Positions 26,489 to 36,545 of a stretch of 52,934 nucleotides of DNA are shown here, piece after piece. Origin of the DNA: a virus (Duplodnaviria; Caudoviricetes). Made by a program: the position numbers and the translations under genes. The stretch lies in IMG/VR virus record IMGVR_UViG_3300028586_000799, positions 1 to 52,934 of that record, one strand, 5' to 3'. The notes beneath the pieces were generated by a model that was not told the origin of the DNA, did no database searches, and was given only the letters and a program-made list of their open reading frames with translations. Position 1 is the stretch's first letter; every line of letters starts with the position of its first letter.

Positions 26489-28048
26489 ATGCTGACCAAA
26501 GATGAAATAAAGAAGATCAAGGTGGCTACAGTCAAATGTAAGTCCGACCTTTTATTTCAGACCAGGTACCTGTTTAAAAAGAATACGAACAAGAAGTTTA
26601 TCATCGGTGAACATCATCAACAGATTGCGGATGTCCTAGAGCTGGTCCTCAAGGGTGAGCTTATCAAAGTGATGATCAACATTGCGCCCAGGTATGGTAA
26701 AACTGAGCTTGCTGTAAAGAACTTTGTTGCCCACGCATTGGCCTTGAATGCTTCAGCAAACTTCATTCACCTTTCTTACTCAGACGATTTGGCGCTGGAT
26801 AACTCCGAAGCTATTCGCGACATGGTTGAGACTGAAGCCTACCAGCAGATGTTTCCTCATGTACAGATCAAGCAGGACTCCGATGCTAAGAAGAAATGGT
26901 ACACTACTGAAGGTGGCGGCGTGTATGCCCGTGCTGCCGGTGGTCAGGTAACGGGATTCGGTGCCGGTAAGGTGGATGAGGAGAAAACACCGGAAGAACT
27001 GGAGGAAGAAGCCGAGTTCATGACTGAGCTGGACGGCATGCTTTCTGATCTAAATATCAAATCCGGATTTAATGGCGCCCTGATCATAGATGACCCGATT
27101 AAGCCTGATGATGCTGATTCCGATACGATCCGCGAACGGATTAACAACCGATTCAACTCGACAATCAGGAACAGGGTAAATAGCAGGAATACACCGATCA
27201 TCATTATCATGCAGCGTTTGCACGAGAATGATCTTTGCGGCTACCTGATGAGCCAGGAGGCTTACACTTACGATCTGGAAGAAGCGCTTGCTGACAGGAC
27301 CAAATGGTATGTGCTAAGTATCCCAGTGATTAAGAACTACGGAGAGGAAGGCAAGGAGGAAGCTCTTTGGCCATTCAAGCACACGCTTGATGAGCTGAAG
27401 GAAATGGAAGAGAAATTCCCGATCGTCTTCGGACGGCAGTACATGATGAATCCCCAGCCAAAAGAAGGATTCTTGTATGGTCCGTTTAAAACTTACCGTC
27501 GTGGTTTCCTTCCGTTCTCAACCACACCGAAGATCCGGAAAGCCTACATTGATACGGCCGACACTGGTACCGATTACCTGTGCTCCATTGTTTATGATGA
27601 GCTTGATATCGGAAACTTCGTGACAGATGTGATCTACACACAGGCAAGCATGGAGACTACCGAAGTTGAAGTCGCTAAGCAGCTTGCCCGGGAAGAAGTA
27701 GATCGTGCGCTATTCGAAAGTAACAACGGTGGGCGTGGATTTGCACGAAATGTCGAGAAAGGATTAAGGCTTATCGGCAATAAAAAGACTAAAGTCGAGT
27801 GGTTCCATCAAAGCGAGAATAAAGACGTGCGGATTTTCACTAAATCCGCTGATGTGATGAACCTAACTTACTTTCCAGAAGGGTGGGAGAAGCTTTGGCC
27901 AGTATTCTACAAGTCTCTAAAGACATACAAGGCTGCTGGAAAGAATAAGCATGACGATGCTGAAGATGCGCTCACCGGTACGACTGAAGACTTTGGTAAA
28001 AAGGTGATTGTGACCGCTCAAAGCAAACAAAAATTAGGATTCTATTAA
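26489..28048 (+). CDS. terL: Terminase large subunit
   Basis: INIAPRYGKT, LIIDDPIK, IIMQRLHEND, IDTADTGTD, HDDAEDAL. Confidence 0.95.
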   Translation: MLTKDEIKKIKVATVKCKSDLLFQTRYLFKKNTNKKFIIGEHHQQIADVLELVLKGELIKVMINIAPRYGKTELAVKNFVAHALALNASANFIHLSYSDDLALDNSEAIRDMVETEAYQQMFPHVQIKQDSDAKKKWYTTEGGGVYARAAGGQVTGFGAGKVDEEKTPEELEEEAEFMTELDGMLSDLNIKSGFNGALIIDDPIKPDDADSDTIRERINNRFNSTIRNRVNSRNTPIIIIMQRLHENDLCGYLMSQEAYTYDLEEALADRTKWYVLSIPVIKNYGEEGKEEALWPFKHTLDELKEMEEKFPIVFGRQYMMNPQPKEGFLYGPFKTYRRGFLPFSTTPKIRKAYIDTADTGTDYLCSIVYDELDIGNFVTDVIYTQASMETTEVEVAKQLAREEVDRALFESNNGGRGFARNVEKGLRLIGNKKTKVEWFHQSENKDVRIFTKSADVMNLTYFPEGWEKLWPVFYKSLKTYKAAGKNKHDDAEDALTGTTEDFGKKVIVTAQSKQKLGFY

Positions 28049-28058
28049 AATATATACA

Positions 28059-29426
28059 ATGGCTGAAGAAGTAAAAGAAGTAATGGACAGCACCGATATT
28101 CGCGCGCTGTTGCTCGCTGGCATGGTTGACGAGGCTAAGACTTTGTTTTCTACCAGAAAGGACAAGGTTGAAGATGCACTAAAGGAGTGGAATGTTGCTA
28201 CTCATAAGATTCATGACCGACCAAAGAAATACGTCGATAGTGAGGAGGTGCCGCAAGCCAAGCTTCCTTTACCATATCAGCAGAAGATCGTTCAGTCGGC
28301 AGTCGCCTTCCTCTTTGGGAAACCTGTTAAGCTGGTTCAGTTGAGCGAGGGCACCGATAAGGCATTCAAGATCATTGATGATTTATGGACTGAAATGAGA
28401 ATGGCAACGGTTAACCGTAAAAATGCGAGAGCCCTGTTCTCTCAAACTGCTTCAGCAAAGCTATTTGTTGAGTATAAGGATCCCGAGGCTGAAGGTACTG
28501 AAGCGTTCAACAGTGTGAAATGTATTTTACTGAACAAGGATAATGGAAATGACCTTTATTATAAAAAAGATCAGTACGGGGTAATGCAATGCATTGCCAG
28601 GGGATATACATCTAAGACCGCTGATAAGCTAACTGAGCATTTTGACGCTGAATTCAAAGACCTTGTTATTTCCTGCAAAAAATCAGATGGCTTTTGGATT
28701 GTTGAAAGTAGTGCAAACCTTGCCAAAAAGATCCGTTACAGCTATTATGAGCAGGAAGCAACAGAATGGGAACTTGTACAGGCGCTGATTGAAAGAACAG
28801 AAACACTTATCTCTAAACGTGCAGATAACAACGATTATACGGCCGATGCAATCCTTGTTTTAACTGGTGAGGTGACTTCATTACCAGGTAAAGAAGAAAC
28901 GGGCAAGGTGGTGCAGCTTAAGGGTGATGGTGCTGATGCAAAGTATCTATCTCCATCAATGGCCGTGGATATGGTTAAAGATGAGCGTGCGACTTTAGAT
29001 AACTACATCCTTTATTTCACAGACACAGTGGACTTATCCAGCGAGAATCTGAAAAGCTTAGGTCAGGATAGCGGAAAAGCACTTGTTATGAGGTTTTTCC
29101 CGGCAATCCTCAAGGCTATGGATAAGCTGGAGATATTTGAAGAAATGATCGATCGTGAAATCAACATCTTAAAGGCTATGGTGAAGAATATCATTGACGT
29201 AAGCCCAGGAATGGCTGTAGAGCTTAAAAATCTGAAGATCGGCTACGAGTTCGGAAATCCGCTACCAGACAACATCAAGGAGTTTGTAGATATTCTATCA
29301 GCATCAGTAGGGGGTAAGGCCATCATGAGCCGTAAAAAAGCAGTTGAACTTAATCCGCTGATCAAAGATGCCGATGCCGAAAACAAGCAGATGGATGAGG
29401 AAGAACTTTCTACTATTGAAGATTAA
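28059..29426 (+). CDS. Portal protein (SPP1 gp6-like)
   Basis: 455 aa after TerL; KIVQSAVAFLFGKPV, SGKAL motifs. Confidence 0.85.
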   Translation: MAEEVKEVMDSTDIRALLLAGMVDEAKTLFSTRKDKVEDALKEWNVATHKIHDRPKKYVDSEEVPQAKLPLPYQQKIVQSAVAFLFGKPVKLVQLSEGTDKAFKIIDDLWTEMRMATVNRKNARALFSQTASAKLFVEYKDPEAEGTEAFNSVKCILLNKDNGNDLYYKKDQYGVMQCIARGYTSKTADKLTEHFDAEFKDLVISCKKSDGFWIVESSANLAKKIRYSYYEQEATEWELVQALIERTETLISKRADNNDYTADAILVLTGEVTSLPGKEETGKVVQLKGDGADAKYLSPSMAVDMVKDERATLDNYILYFTDTVDLSSENLKSLGQDSGKALVMRFFPAILKAMDKLEIFEEMIDREINILKAMVKNIIDVSPGMAVELKNLKIGYEFGNPLPDNIKEFVDILSASVGGKAIMSRKKAVELNPLIKDADAENKQMDEEELSTIED

Positions 29427-29463
29427 TATGTTCAAAACGCATAACACGCATATTGTATCTTTG
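29427..29463 (+). promoter_or_regulatory. Operator-like motif copy 6 plus -7 promoter box
   Basis: TATGT TCAAAAC GCATA ACAC GCATA then TATCTTTG at 29456. Confidence 0.7.
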
Positions 29464-29524
29464 ATACTGATTGTTAGGGGCGAAGTTGCTTCATTCGGTT
29501 TATTTGGTTTTAAAGGTTAGTTTG

Positions 29525-29557
29525 ACCGGGCGAGAGTGGTTCCTTGCCCGGTTTTTT
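29525..29557 (+). terminator. Intrinsic terminator closing a candidate small RNA
   Basis: ACCGGGCGAG-AGTGGTTC-CTTGCCCGGT-TTTTT. Confidence 0.75.
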
Positions 29558-29599
29558 GTTGTCTCAATTTTGTAATCAAACCGCTTTGTCTATCAGATT

Positions 29600-30655
29600 A
29601 TGCCAAATAATATAAACAAGAAGTATGAAGCCAGGCATTTAGCAGGTATTCAGAAAAACCAGAAGCAGATACGTTCCGCTTATAAAAAAACGATTGAGAA
29701 GATATTCCAAGGTTTACCACCGATCAATCTCAAGTCCGGCACATTCCGCCTGTCTGATTACCCTGCTTTGAATAAGAAGGTCACAGAAGTGCTGGTTGAG
29801 TTCACCAAGGAGGTTAATGTCACCTTGCTGAACGGAATCAATGAGCAGTGGGAGCTATCGACTGAAAAGAATGCGGAGGTGATCCATAAGCACTTCAACG
29901 GCAAAAAGCTTGCAGGTGATGTCGAGCGCATGATCTATGATCCTCAAAGCGCTGCGCTTGATCAGTTCACTAAACGTAGGATCGCTGGTCTTGATCTTTC
30001 CGATCGAGTGTTGAAATATACCAGTCAGCTTCAGGGCCAGATCGAGCAGAATCTGTATGCCGGGATCAGTGAAGGTAGATCAGCTGCTGCCATGGCCCGT
30101 GATCAGGTCAAGTACATGGAGAACCCCGAGCCGCTTTTCCGCAGGGTGCGTGATGCTGAGGGCAAACTGCAACTTTCATCTGCTGCTAAAAAGTACTACG
30201 AAGATTTGGGTGCACCAGGTCAGGGCGTCTACCGGTCGCCTTATAAGAACTTCATGCGGATCACCCGGACAACCATCAACGATAGTTACAGAGAAGCCGA
30301 TATGGTCCGGTACCGATCCTTGCCTTTCATCATTGGCTACCAGGTTAATTTATCAAATAATCACCCGAGGACAGATATCTGCGATGACTTAAAAGGTACC
30401 TATCCAAAAACATTCACCTGGAGAAAGTGGCATGTTCAATGCATTTGCAACTGTACAGCTAAGCTTGCAAGCCCGGAGGATTACGATAAGTACGAACAGG
30501 CACTGCTTGATGGTACCGCTGAGAACTTCCAATTCAAAGACGTGGTAAAGGATATGCCTCAGAATTTTAAGACCTACGTGGAGAAGAAGCAGGGTTCAAT
30601 GGAGAACTGGAAGCGGAAACCAGATTGGGTAATCGAGAATGGAGTTATGATCTAA
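29600..30655 (+). CDS. Minor head protein (Mu gpF / SPP1 gp7-like)
   Basis: LSDRV, RITRTTIN, DICDDLKG...WHVQCICN. Confidence 0.8.
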   Translation: MPNNINKKYEARHLAGIQKNQKQIRSAYKKTIEKIFQGLPPINLKSGTFRLSDYPALNKKVTEVLVEFTKEVNVTLLNGINEQWELSTEKNAEVIHKHFNGKKLAGDVERMIYDPQSAALDQFTKRRIAGLDLSDRVLKYTSQLQGQIEQNLYAGISEGRSAAAMARDQVKYMENPEPLFRRVRDAEGKLQLSSAAKKYYEDLGAPGQGVYRSPYKNFMRITRTTINDSYREADMVRYRSLPFIIGYQVNLSNNHPRTDICDDLKGTYPKTFTWRKWHVQCICNCTAKLASPEDYDKYEQALLDGTAENFQFKDVVKDMPQNFKTYVEKKQGSMENWKRKPDWVIENGVMI

Positions 30656-31520
30656 TAAACTTCACGTTTACAACTCCCTCCATTTTTTTTAACTCTCTTA
30701 CAATTCTCTTTCTAATAGCGTATGGTACTTGATCTGCAAAAATGACGACTGATCCAACGTACAAGCTTTCATCTATTTTTACAAGAATATTATGTTCTTC
30801 AAAAATTTCCGGTATTATAGATTTCGAATTCGCTAAAGATTGTGGATCCACAAAATCCACTCTTAACTCGACTTTATTAATCACCACAGATGGTGCAGAG
30901 CCCATGTTAGCTACGCTCATCAATACCGCTTCCATTTGTTCAAGCTTGGTAAACAAATAATCTTCATTGCTCTCGGGAGCTATATTCTTGATGATAGAAT
31001 TTGCTTGGATTGCGTCATAAATCGGGTTTTCAGCGACGTATTCTGGTGCCAAAACAGTTTGAATTGCCGTTTCCAACTGCACCTTACACTTTTCTACACC
31101 TACATAGCTATCATCATAAAAAATTGTCCTTTGGTCTTTTACATCAAATGGTAAATCGGTGCCGTATTCGGCCATCATAACTAATGGTAATTTTACTGCA
31201 TGACGTACTGCAAGTTCATACATAACATTTGGATTCAGGCCCGTTAAATTTGCGATAACAAGTTTGTCCTCAACTAAGTGTCGCAGAATTTGCTTAGGTA
31301 TTGATCCAGGCGAGGCAATATGGTGGGCAGGAACAGCTTTAAATTTCAATCCCCTCAACACAGGCTCAATCACCGCACTAAGTAATCCGTTGGTTTTTTT
31401 ATTTATATCGGAATCGGGTGCACCAATAGGAGTGATGATGAAACAAGTTTCCGGTTCTCTTTCTTCTTTACTAAAAGGTTCTGATTGGTGACCTTGGTCA
31501 TTCGAATTGTTCTTTTCCAT
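30645..31520 (-). CDS. Nucleoside 2-deoxyribosyltransferase-like protein (moron)
   Basis: CFIITPIG...VIANLTGLNPNVMYELAVRHA...LPFDV. Confidence 0.75.
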   Translation of the reverse strand: MEKNNSNDQGHQSEPFSKEEREPETCFIITPIGAPDSDINKKTNGLLSAVIEPVLRGLKFKAVPAHHIASPGSIPKQILRHLVEDKLVIANLTGLNPNVMYELAVRHAVKLPLVMMAEYGTDLPFDVKDQRTIFYDDSYVGVEKCKVQLETAIQTVLAPEYVAENPIYDAIQANSIIKNIAPESNEDYLFTKLEQMEAVLMSVANMGSAPSVVINKVELRVDFVDPQSLANSKSIIPEIFEEHNILVKIDESLYVGSVVIFADQVPYAIRKRIVRELKKMEGVVNVKFIRS

Positions 31521-31548
31521 TGGAAAGCATATTTACTTAAATATAGCA

Positions 31549-31615
31549 AATGCTTTACGTTTCCCAATTCGTAAAGCATTAAAAAAGGTGCTCGAGGAAA
31601 TCCTCTTTAATTTTA
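31549..31615 (+). promoter_or_regulatory. Late-promoter palindrome copy 1 plus -7-like box
   Basis: AATGCTTTACG-N10-CGTAAAGCATT, then TAATTTTA at 31608. Confidence 0.65.
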
Positions 31616-31646
31616 GGCTTATTCTCAAAAAGCTTAAAAAACAAAC

Positions 31647-32285
31647 ATGAAGGACAAAGTATTGGCACGACTGCGAGCGCTGTTCCCAGGAGTGAACCTA
31701 TCTAAGACTCGTAAAGACAAGATCGCGGACTATGTGGTTTCTAAAATCACTAATGAGGACGAGATTGACGACAAGCTTAATGACTACAACGATTTCATGT
31801 CGTATGCGGACATTGCTAAAATTGACGACCGTCAACGTGAGGCCGACAACAAAAAAGCGAAGGACGATGCAGATGCAAAGGCGAAAGCTGATGCTGAAGC
31901 GGCAGGAAAAGGTGCTGAGGACAATCAGGACGACATGCCAGCTTGGGCAAAGCCATTGATGACTAAAATTACGTCTCTGGAATCCCAACTTGCTGGCGAA
32001 AAAGGCAAATCAACTATCAACGATTTAAAGGCTGCAGCTAAAGCTAAAGGTATTCCTGAGGCATTCGCCGCTAAATACCAGATCGGTGATGACTACGACC
32101 AGGAAACTGCGCTTGCTGCCTTAGAGACTGAGTGGACTGAATTAAAACAAATCGCAGTTAACGGCGAAGTGAAGGATGGTAAAGTCATTATTGGCGATGC
32201 TACCCCAAGCGGAACTCCAGCTGCAAAAGCAGCCATTAAATCCGGAATGGAAGAGGCTGTAAAAGGTTTAGTTGAAACAGTTTAA
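31647..32285 (+). CDS. Capsid scaffolding protein
   Basis: Charged helical protein with MPAWAK motif, preceding capsid genes. Confidence 0.7.
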   Translation: MKDKVLARLRALFPGVNLSKTRKDKIADYVVSKITNEDEIDDKLNDYNDFMSYADIAKIDDRQREADNKKAKDDADAKAKADAEAAGKGAEDNQDDMPAWAKPLMTKITSLESQLAGEKGKSTINDLKAAAKAKGIPEAFAAKYQIGDDYDQETALAALETEWTELKQIAVNGEVKDGKVIIGDATPSGTPAAKAAIKSGMEEAVKGLVETV

Positions 32286-32295
32286 TAATTAAGAA

Positions 32296-32877
32296 ATGGG
32301 TTTAGGATTAAAAAGAAAAGAAGCCACAGGCGACATCCCCGTTTATCAGGTTGTTCATGAAGTATCACAAGGCGGATACACACTTGATACAGACGGATTG
32401 GTTGCCGGCTCTATTATCCCGGCAGGAACGGTAATGATCGGGGACGACGCAACCCGAAAAGCAAAGGTGTTAAAATCAGCTACGATTGTTGAAGCGGCTG
32501 CAGCTGACGCTTTAGTTTACAAGGTGTCGAAGAATCATCAGTTTGCAACAGGCGACAATATCAGTTTAGGTGTTAAAGGCAAAGCTTATCCCGCTACGGT
32601 TGATAAAAGTAATGCTAATTACGACACATTGACCGTTCCAACCTCATTGGGGCTTGCAGCAGTTGGTGCAGTTTTGTTTCAGTCATCTACAACTGGTGCA
32701 ACAAATTCAGCTGTTGCTGGTGTGCCAACAGGAACTCTTTTAGAGTCACGAAAGGTAGAAGCTAATACAACACTAACATTAGCATTACGTGCGACCGTTT
32801 ACGCACGTAGAATTCCAGGTGTACCGGCCGATGTGAAAGCATTATTGCCGCTCATCATTTTTTCACAAAGCAAATAA
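32296..32877 (+). CDS. Head decoration protein
   Basis: A/G/T-rich, IIPAGTV motif, between scaffold and capsid. Confidence 0.65.
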   Translation: MGLGLKRKEATGDIPVYQVVHEVSQGGYTLDTDGLVAGSIIPAGTVMIGDDATRKAKVLKSATIVEAAAADALVYKVSKNHQFATGDNISLGVKGKAYPATVDKSNANYDTLTVPTSLGLAAVGAVLFQSSTTGATNSAVAGVPTGTLLESRKVEANTTLTLALRATVYARRIPGVPADVKALLPLIIFSQSK

Positions 32878-32884
32878 TTAGAAA

Positions 32885-33979
32885 ATGGCAGAACAATTTA
32901 AGTCTGTATTCGGTGACTATACCGAAAATATTAGCGTTGTTGCAAAGGCATTAGAAGCTGCAAAGGTTCAGCCGATCTACACGCAATACCTGGACTGGGC
33001 TACGCCAACCGTTGGCCTTGATTTCTCTACCGTTGTAGGTAAAGAGCGTCAAGCTTCTATGGCATCCGTAGTGGATATCGATGCTTTACACCCGCACCGT
33101 TCGCGTTCAGCTGCTGTTCGTGTTGATGGTGAGGTTCCATCGATCAAGGTTAAGCGTTCGTTAACTCAAAAGCAGTATCGTGATTACCTGATGCTTCAAA
33201 ACATCAAAACCATGAAGGATGCTGACAAGCTGAAAGCTATCGTCAAGTTCATTCTTGATGATATGAAATATGTAACTGACTCGGTTAAGGCCAGGATCAA
33301 TTACATGTATCTGCAAGCTGTTTCCCGTGGTTATATTGAGATCACTGCTGACAACAATCCAGATGGTATTGTAACTGATGTTATCCCAATGGGATTGTTG
33401 GAAACAAACTATAAGGAGTCATCCGATGATGTGTTGGGCGGAGGTTCGAAATTGATCACTGAGATCATGGACATGGTTCAGCTGGCTAAAAATCAGGGTG
33501 ATGAAATTTCCGAGATTCAATTATCCAGTGTTCTTTGGAACAAAATCAAGCTTAACAAGGAATTGATGAGCGAGATGAAAGCGTATTTCAACCCAGGATC
33601 GAACGCACGTGCGGTGTTTACCTTAGAGAACTTTAACAACTATCTAAAAGACAACAACGCTCCGAACTTCAAGATCATTGATTCAATTTCACGTGTTGAG
33701 ATTGATGGCAAACAAACCATCGTTCGCCCATTTAGTGATACTAACTTGGTTTTCGTTCCAGCTGGTAAATTAGGTATCATCCACAACGCTTATTCAATTG
33801 AAGAGCTTGAGCCGATTCCAAATGTTGAGTATACCACTGTTGACAGGATCCTTTTATCAAAATGGTTCCAACGTAACCCATGGGGTGAAATGACAGCTGC
33901 TGAGACTATCGCGATTCCTGGTATCGAGCAAATTGAAAGCGTTTATCATTTAAAAGCTGACTTAGTTACAGAAGACTAA
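32885..33979 (+). CDS. Major capsid protein (lambda gpE-like)
   Basis: 364 aa, synteny, LVFVPAGKLG motif. Confidence 0.8.
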   Translation: MAEQFKSVFGDYTENISVVAKALEAAKVQPIYTQYLDWATPTVGLDFSTVVGKERQASMASVVDIDALHPHRSRSAAVRVDGEVPSIKVKRSLTQKQYRDYLMLQNIKTMKDADKLKAIVKFILDDMKYVTDSVKARINYMYLQAVSRGYIEITADNNPDGIVTDVIPMGLLETNYKESSDDVLGGGSKLITEIMDMVQLAKNQGDEISEIQLSSVLWNKIKLNKELMSEMKAYFNPGSNARAVFTLENFNNYLKDNNAPNFKIIDSISRVEIDGKQTIVRPFSDTNLVFVPAGKLGIIHNAYSIEELEPIPNVEYTTVDRILLSKWFQRNPWGEMTAAETIAIPGIEQIESVYHLKADLVTED

Positions 33980-34305
33980 TGGCGTCACAAACAATTAAAA
34001 AAGCACTGCAAAGCATTATAAACTATCCTCTTAATGAGGGTAGTTTTGATACTGCCTTAACTCGTTTCGGTCTTGATGGAGAAGCTCCTTATGGGCCGGA
34101 TCACGTTAAGCAGGTTGATTTATGCGCTGCATGGCTAATTTTGATTGTCTGTACATCTGCAAACGTAAGTGAAGGCGGTTACTCGCTTTCTCTGGGTGAT
34201 AAGAACGCTTTACTGAAAACTCGGTCCTTATTGATCTCGGAGTATCCGGAAGAAAACCTGGATTCTGACAAACCAAGGGTTTCAGCTGTAAAAGGAATGT
34301 GGTAA
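33979..34305 (+). CDS. Head-tail adaptor
   Basis: NVSEGGYSLS motif; follows capsid gene. Confidence 0.7.
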   Translation: MASQTIKKALQSIINYPLNEGSFDTALTRFGLDGEAPYGPDHVKQVDLCAAWLILIVCTSANVSEGGYSLSLGDKNALLKTRSLLISEYPEENLDSDKPRVSAVKGMW

Positions 34306-34634
34306 TGATCATCCAATACCCTCATATCCTAAAATTTGACATCGTAACAGGTGGCGTAGAAGAAATAGACGAGAACGGCGATACTGTGATTGTACCCGGT
34401 GCTACTACGACCATTGAAGTTAAATGCAGATTTGAACCTAATGCAGACGGGCAAGTGATTGTTTCTGCTGATGGTGCAAAGGTTGAGTTTGGCTGGATAG
34501 TTTACATGCCACTTGATCAGATTGCTGTGGAAAGTGGTACTGTAATCCGAGGTTACAACGGTGATGATCTAATTGCTGAAGGTGACGTGAAGCGTTACAA
34601 CCAAGGCCAGTTAAATGCAAGGTTATGGGTATAA
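34305..34634 (+). CDS. Head closure protein
   Basis: Synteny; beta-rich protein of about 110 aa. Confidence 0.6.
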   Translation: MIIQYPHILKFDIVTGGVEEIDENGDTVIVPGATTTIEVKCRFEPNADGQVIVSADGAKVEFGWIVYMPLDQIAVESGTVIRGYNGDDLIAEGDVKRYNQGQLNARLWV

Positions 34635-35050
34635 GGCCACGCTTTACCGAAGCAGATTTGAACAACATGTTCATGGTCCGTACAGCAGCGATTGAAGATG
34701 CGATATTAAGCCGGTTGAAGTTTATCGGGGAAACCTGCGTGAATAATGCTAAGGCAAACGGAACTTACACCGACGTAACAGGTAACCTTAGATCATCAGT
34801 CTGCTATGTGGTGCTTAAGAACGGCGTAAAGAAATCAGAAGGAGCGATTCCTTCAGACAGCAGCGAGCGCATGGCAGAGCTTATTGCCGAACATCCAAGA
34901 GGCTACGTTTTGATTGTACTCGCTGGTATGGATTACGCAGCAGCTGTAGAGAGTAAAGGAAAAGATGTATTGACCGCAAGTTCCAAAATCGCTGAGATTG
35001 AAATAAAAAAGGCTATCAGGAACTTCAGAAAAACACTTAAAAACGCATGA
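34625..35050 (+). CDS. HK97 gp10-like neck / tail completion protein
   Basis: DVTGNLRSSV, YAAAVE motifs. Confidence 0.75.
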   Translation: MGIRPRFTEADLNNMFMVRTAAIEDAILSRLKFIGETCVNNAKANGTYTDVTGNLRSSVCYVVLKNGVKKSEGAIPSDSSERMAELIAEHPRGYVLIVLAGMDYAAAVESKGKDVLTASSKIAEIEIKKAIRNFRKTLKNA

Positions 35051-35478
35051 GTAATACTTCCATTACAGCTTTAAATATGCTTTATCAACATATCTCGCGG
35101 TCTGTTCTTATGACAGACGTAAAAAAGCCCAATGGTAAGCTTTGCAAGTACGAGCGTCCGCTTAACTCGGTCCTGGAGGATGTTGTGATAAACAGCTTGG
35201 GACTAAACAGAGAGGACGTTCAGGAGGGTGTTTTGAACGTGAATATCTTTGTTCCGAACCTTGTTCTACCATCAAACGCAGCTGACAAAAGTCAACCGGA
35301 CACTGCACGACTAAATTACCTGTTGAACCTGGCTAACATCGCTTTAGGAGAAGGAGAGGAGATATGGGAAGCTACCGGCAACTACTGCTTTGAACTCCAA
35401 CAAGACAACCTATTCCAGGACGAGAATAATCAACATTACCTCAACCTGAGAGTAGAATTTAATTCAACAAATAATTAA
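35047..35478 (+). CDS. Tail terminator protein
   Basis: Synteny before tail tube; LNVNIFVP. Confidence 0.6.
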   Translation: MSNTSITALNMLYQHISRSVLMTDVKKPNGKLCKYERPLNSVLEDVVINSLGLNREDVQEGVLNVNIFVPNLVLPSNAADKSQPDTARLNYLLNLANIALGEGEEIWEATGNYCFELQQDNLFQDENNQHYLNLRVEFNSTNN

Positions 35479-35489
35479 ACACCAATAAT

Positions 35490-35993
35490 ATGGCAAAGAA
35501 AGTATATGGCTTAAAGGCCATCACCATGGGGCCTGTAGCAGGTGACGGTGGCATGGGGACGACCCTAACCGAAGTATTAGGCGCTACCGTAAAAGGTACT
35601 GCTACCTTAACCTCTACTGCTCCGGAAACTGCGGAAATCGAGATTGAAGAATCAGACGACCTGTATGATGAGATTGTAACCAAGGGTATTGTGTGGACAT
35701 TAGCTGCAAGCACTTACAATGTATCAGCTGAAACTATGCTTGAGCTGTTCGGTGGATCCATTACAACCGGCGTGTGGTCACCTCCAGCAGACGGTACAAC
35801 TGTCACTGTAAAGAGATCTGTTGTCGCAGAAACCCGCACAGGAATCAAATTCCGCTTTGTAAACATGAGCTTAACAGCTACTGCAGAGTTCGCATTTGAT
35901 AAGACCAGGTTAGGTCAGATCAACTGGACTGGTAAGGTGTTAAAAGCCGGCAAAGCCGCTACACCTGCAATGTCAATCGACTTCGGAGTATAA
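35490..35993 (+). CDS. Major tail tube protein
   Basis: 167 aa T/G-rich; followed by hairpin 36001..36023. Confidence 0.75.
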   Translation: MAKKVYGLKAITMGPVAGDGGMGTTLTEVLGATVKGTATLTSTAPETAEIEIEESDDLYDEIVTKGIVWTLAASTYNVSAETMLELFGGSITTGVWSPPADGTTVTVKRSVVAETRTGIKFRFVNMSLTATAEFAFDKTRLGQINWTGKVLKAGKAATPAMSIDFGV

Positions 35994-36035
35994 ATCTTAC
36001 GGGTGCCTTGAATTAGGGCACCCTTATAATCTTCC

Positions 36036-36545
36036 ATGGAACAATCTGAATTAAATAACATACTCGCGCAGGTCGGAAAGACTGTGATCCAGCAGCCGAA
36101 AACGGTGGAGGTTGAAATCAGACCTAAAAACTGGTTGCAGAAACTCCTTATGAAAAAGGGCTTTTTGAAATCAAAAAAGGTTTTCACCATCTATCCAATT
36201 TCAGTTGGCAACAGGTTCCGTATTTCGCCGGTTGCACTCAAGATTCCTGAAGGACTCTTCTCAAAGAACGTTGAAGAAGGTGAGCTATGGAAAGCCATTA
36301 AAGACCATACAGAGGACTTAATCTACGTTGTGGCAGTCTGTATTGAAAACAGAAGAAAGGAGCCATCAGGGGCGCTACTTAGCTTCCTGCGATCTATTGA
36401 CGATGAAAAGTTTTACGAGCTTTTAGATGCTTCGCTATCAATGGCCGGAGTACCAAATTTTACAAAATCTATCATCTTGATAAGAGGACAAAATGTAATC
36501 ACTGCGAAGGATGCGGATGTGAAGCCTGCGATTACACCGGAATAA
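36036..36545 (+). CDS. Tail assembly chaperone (gpG-like)
   Basis: Between tail tube and tape measure; contains slippery A AAT TTT at 36455..36461. Confidence 0.75.
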   Translation: MEQSELNNILAQVGKTVIQQPKTVEVEIRPKNWLQKLLMKKGFLKSKKVFTIYPISVGNRFRISPVALKIPEGLFSKNVEEGELWKAIKDHTEDLIYVVAVCIENRRKEPSGALLSFLRSIDDEKFYELLDASLSMAGVPNFTKSIILIRGQNVITAKDADVKPAITPE

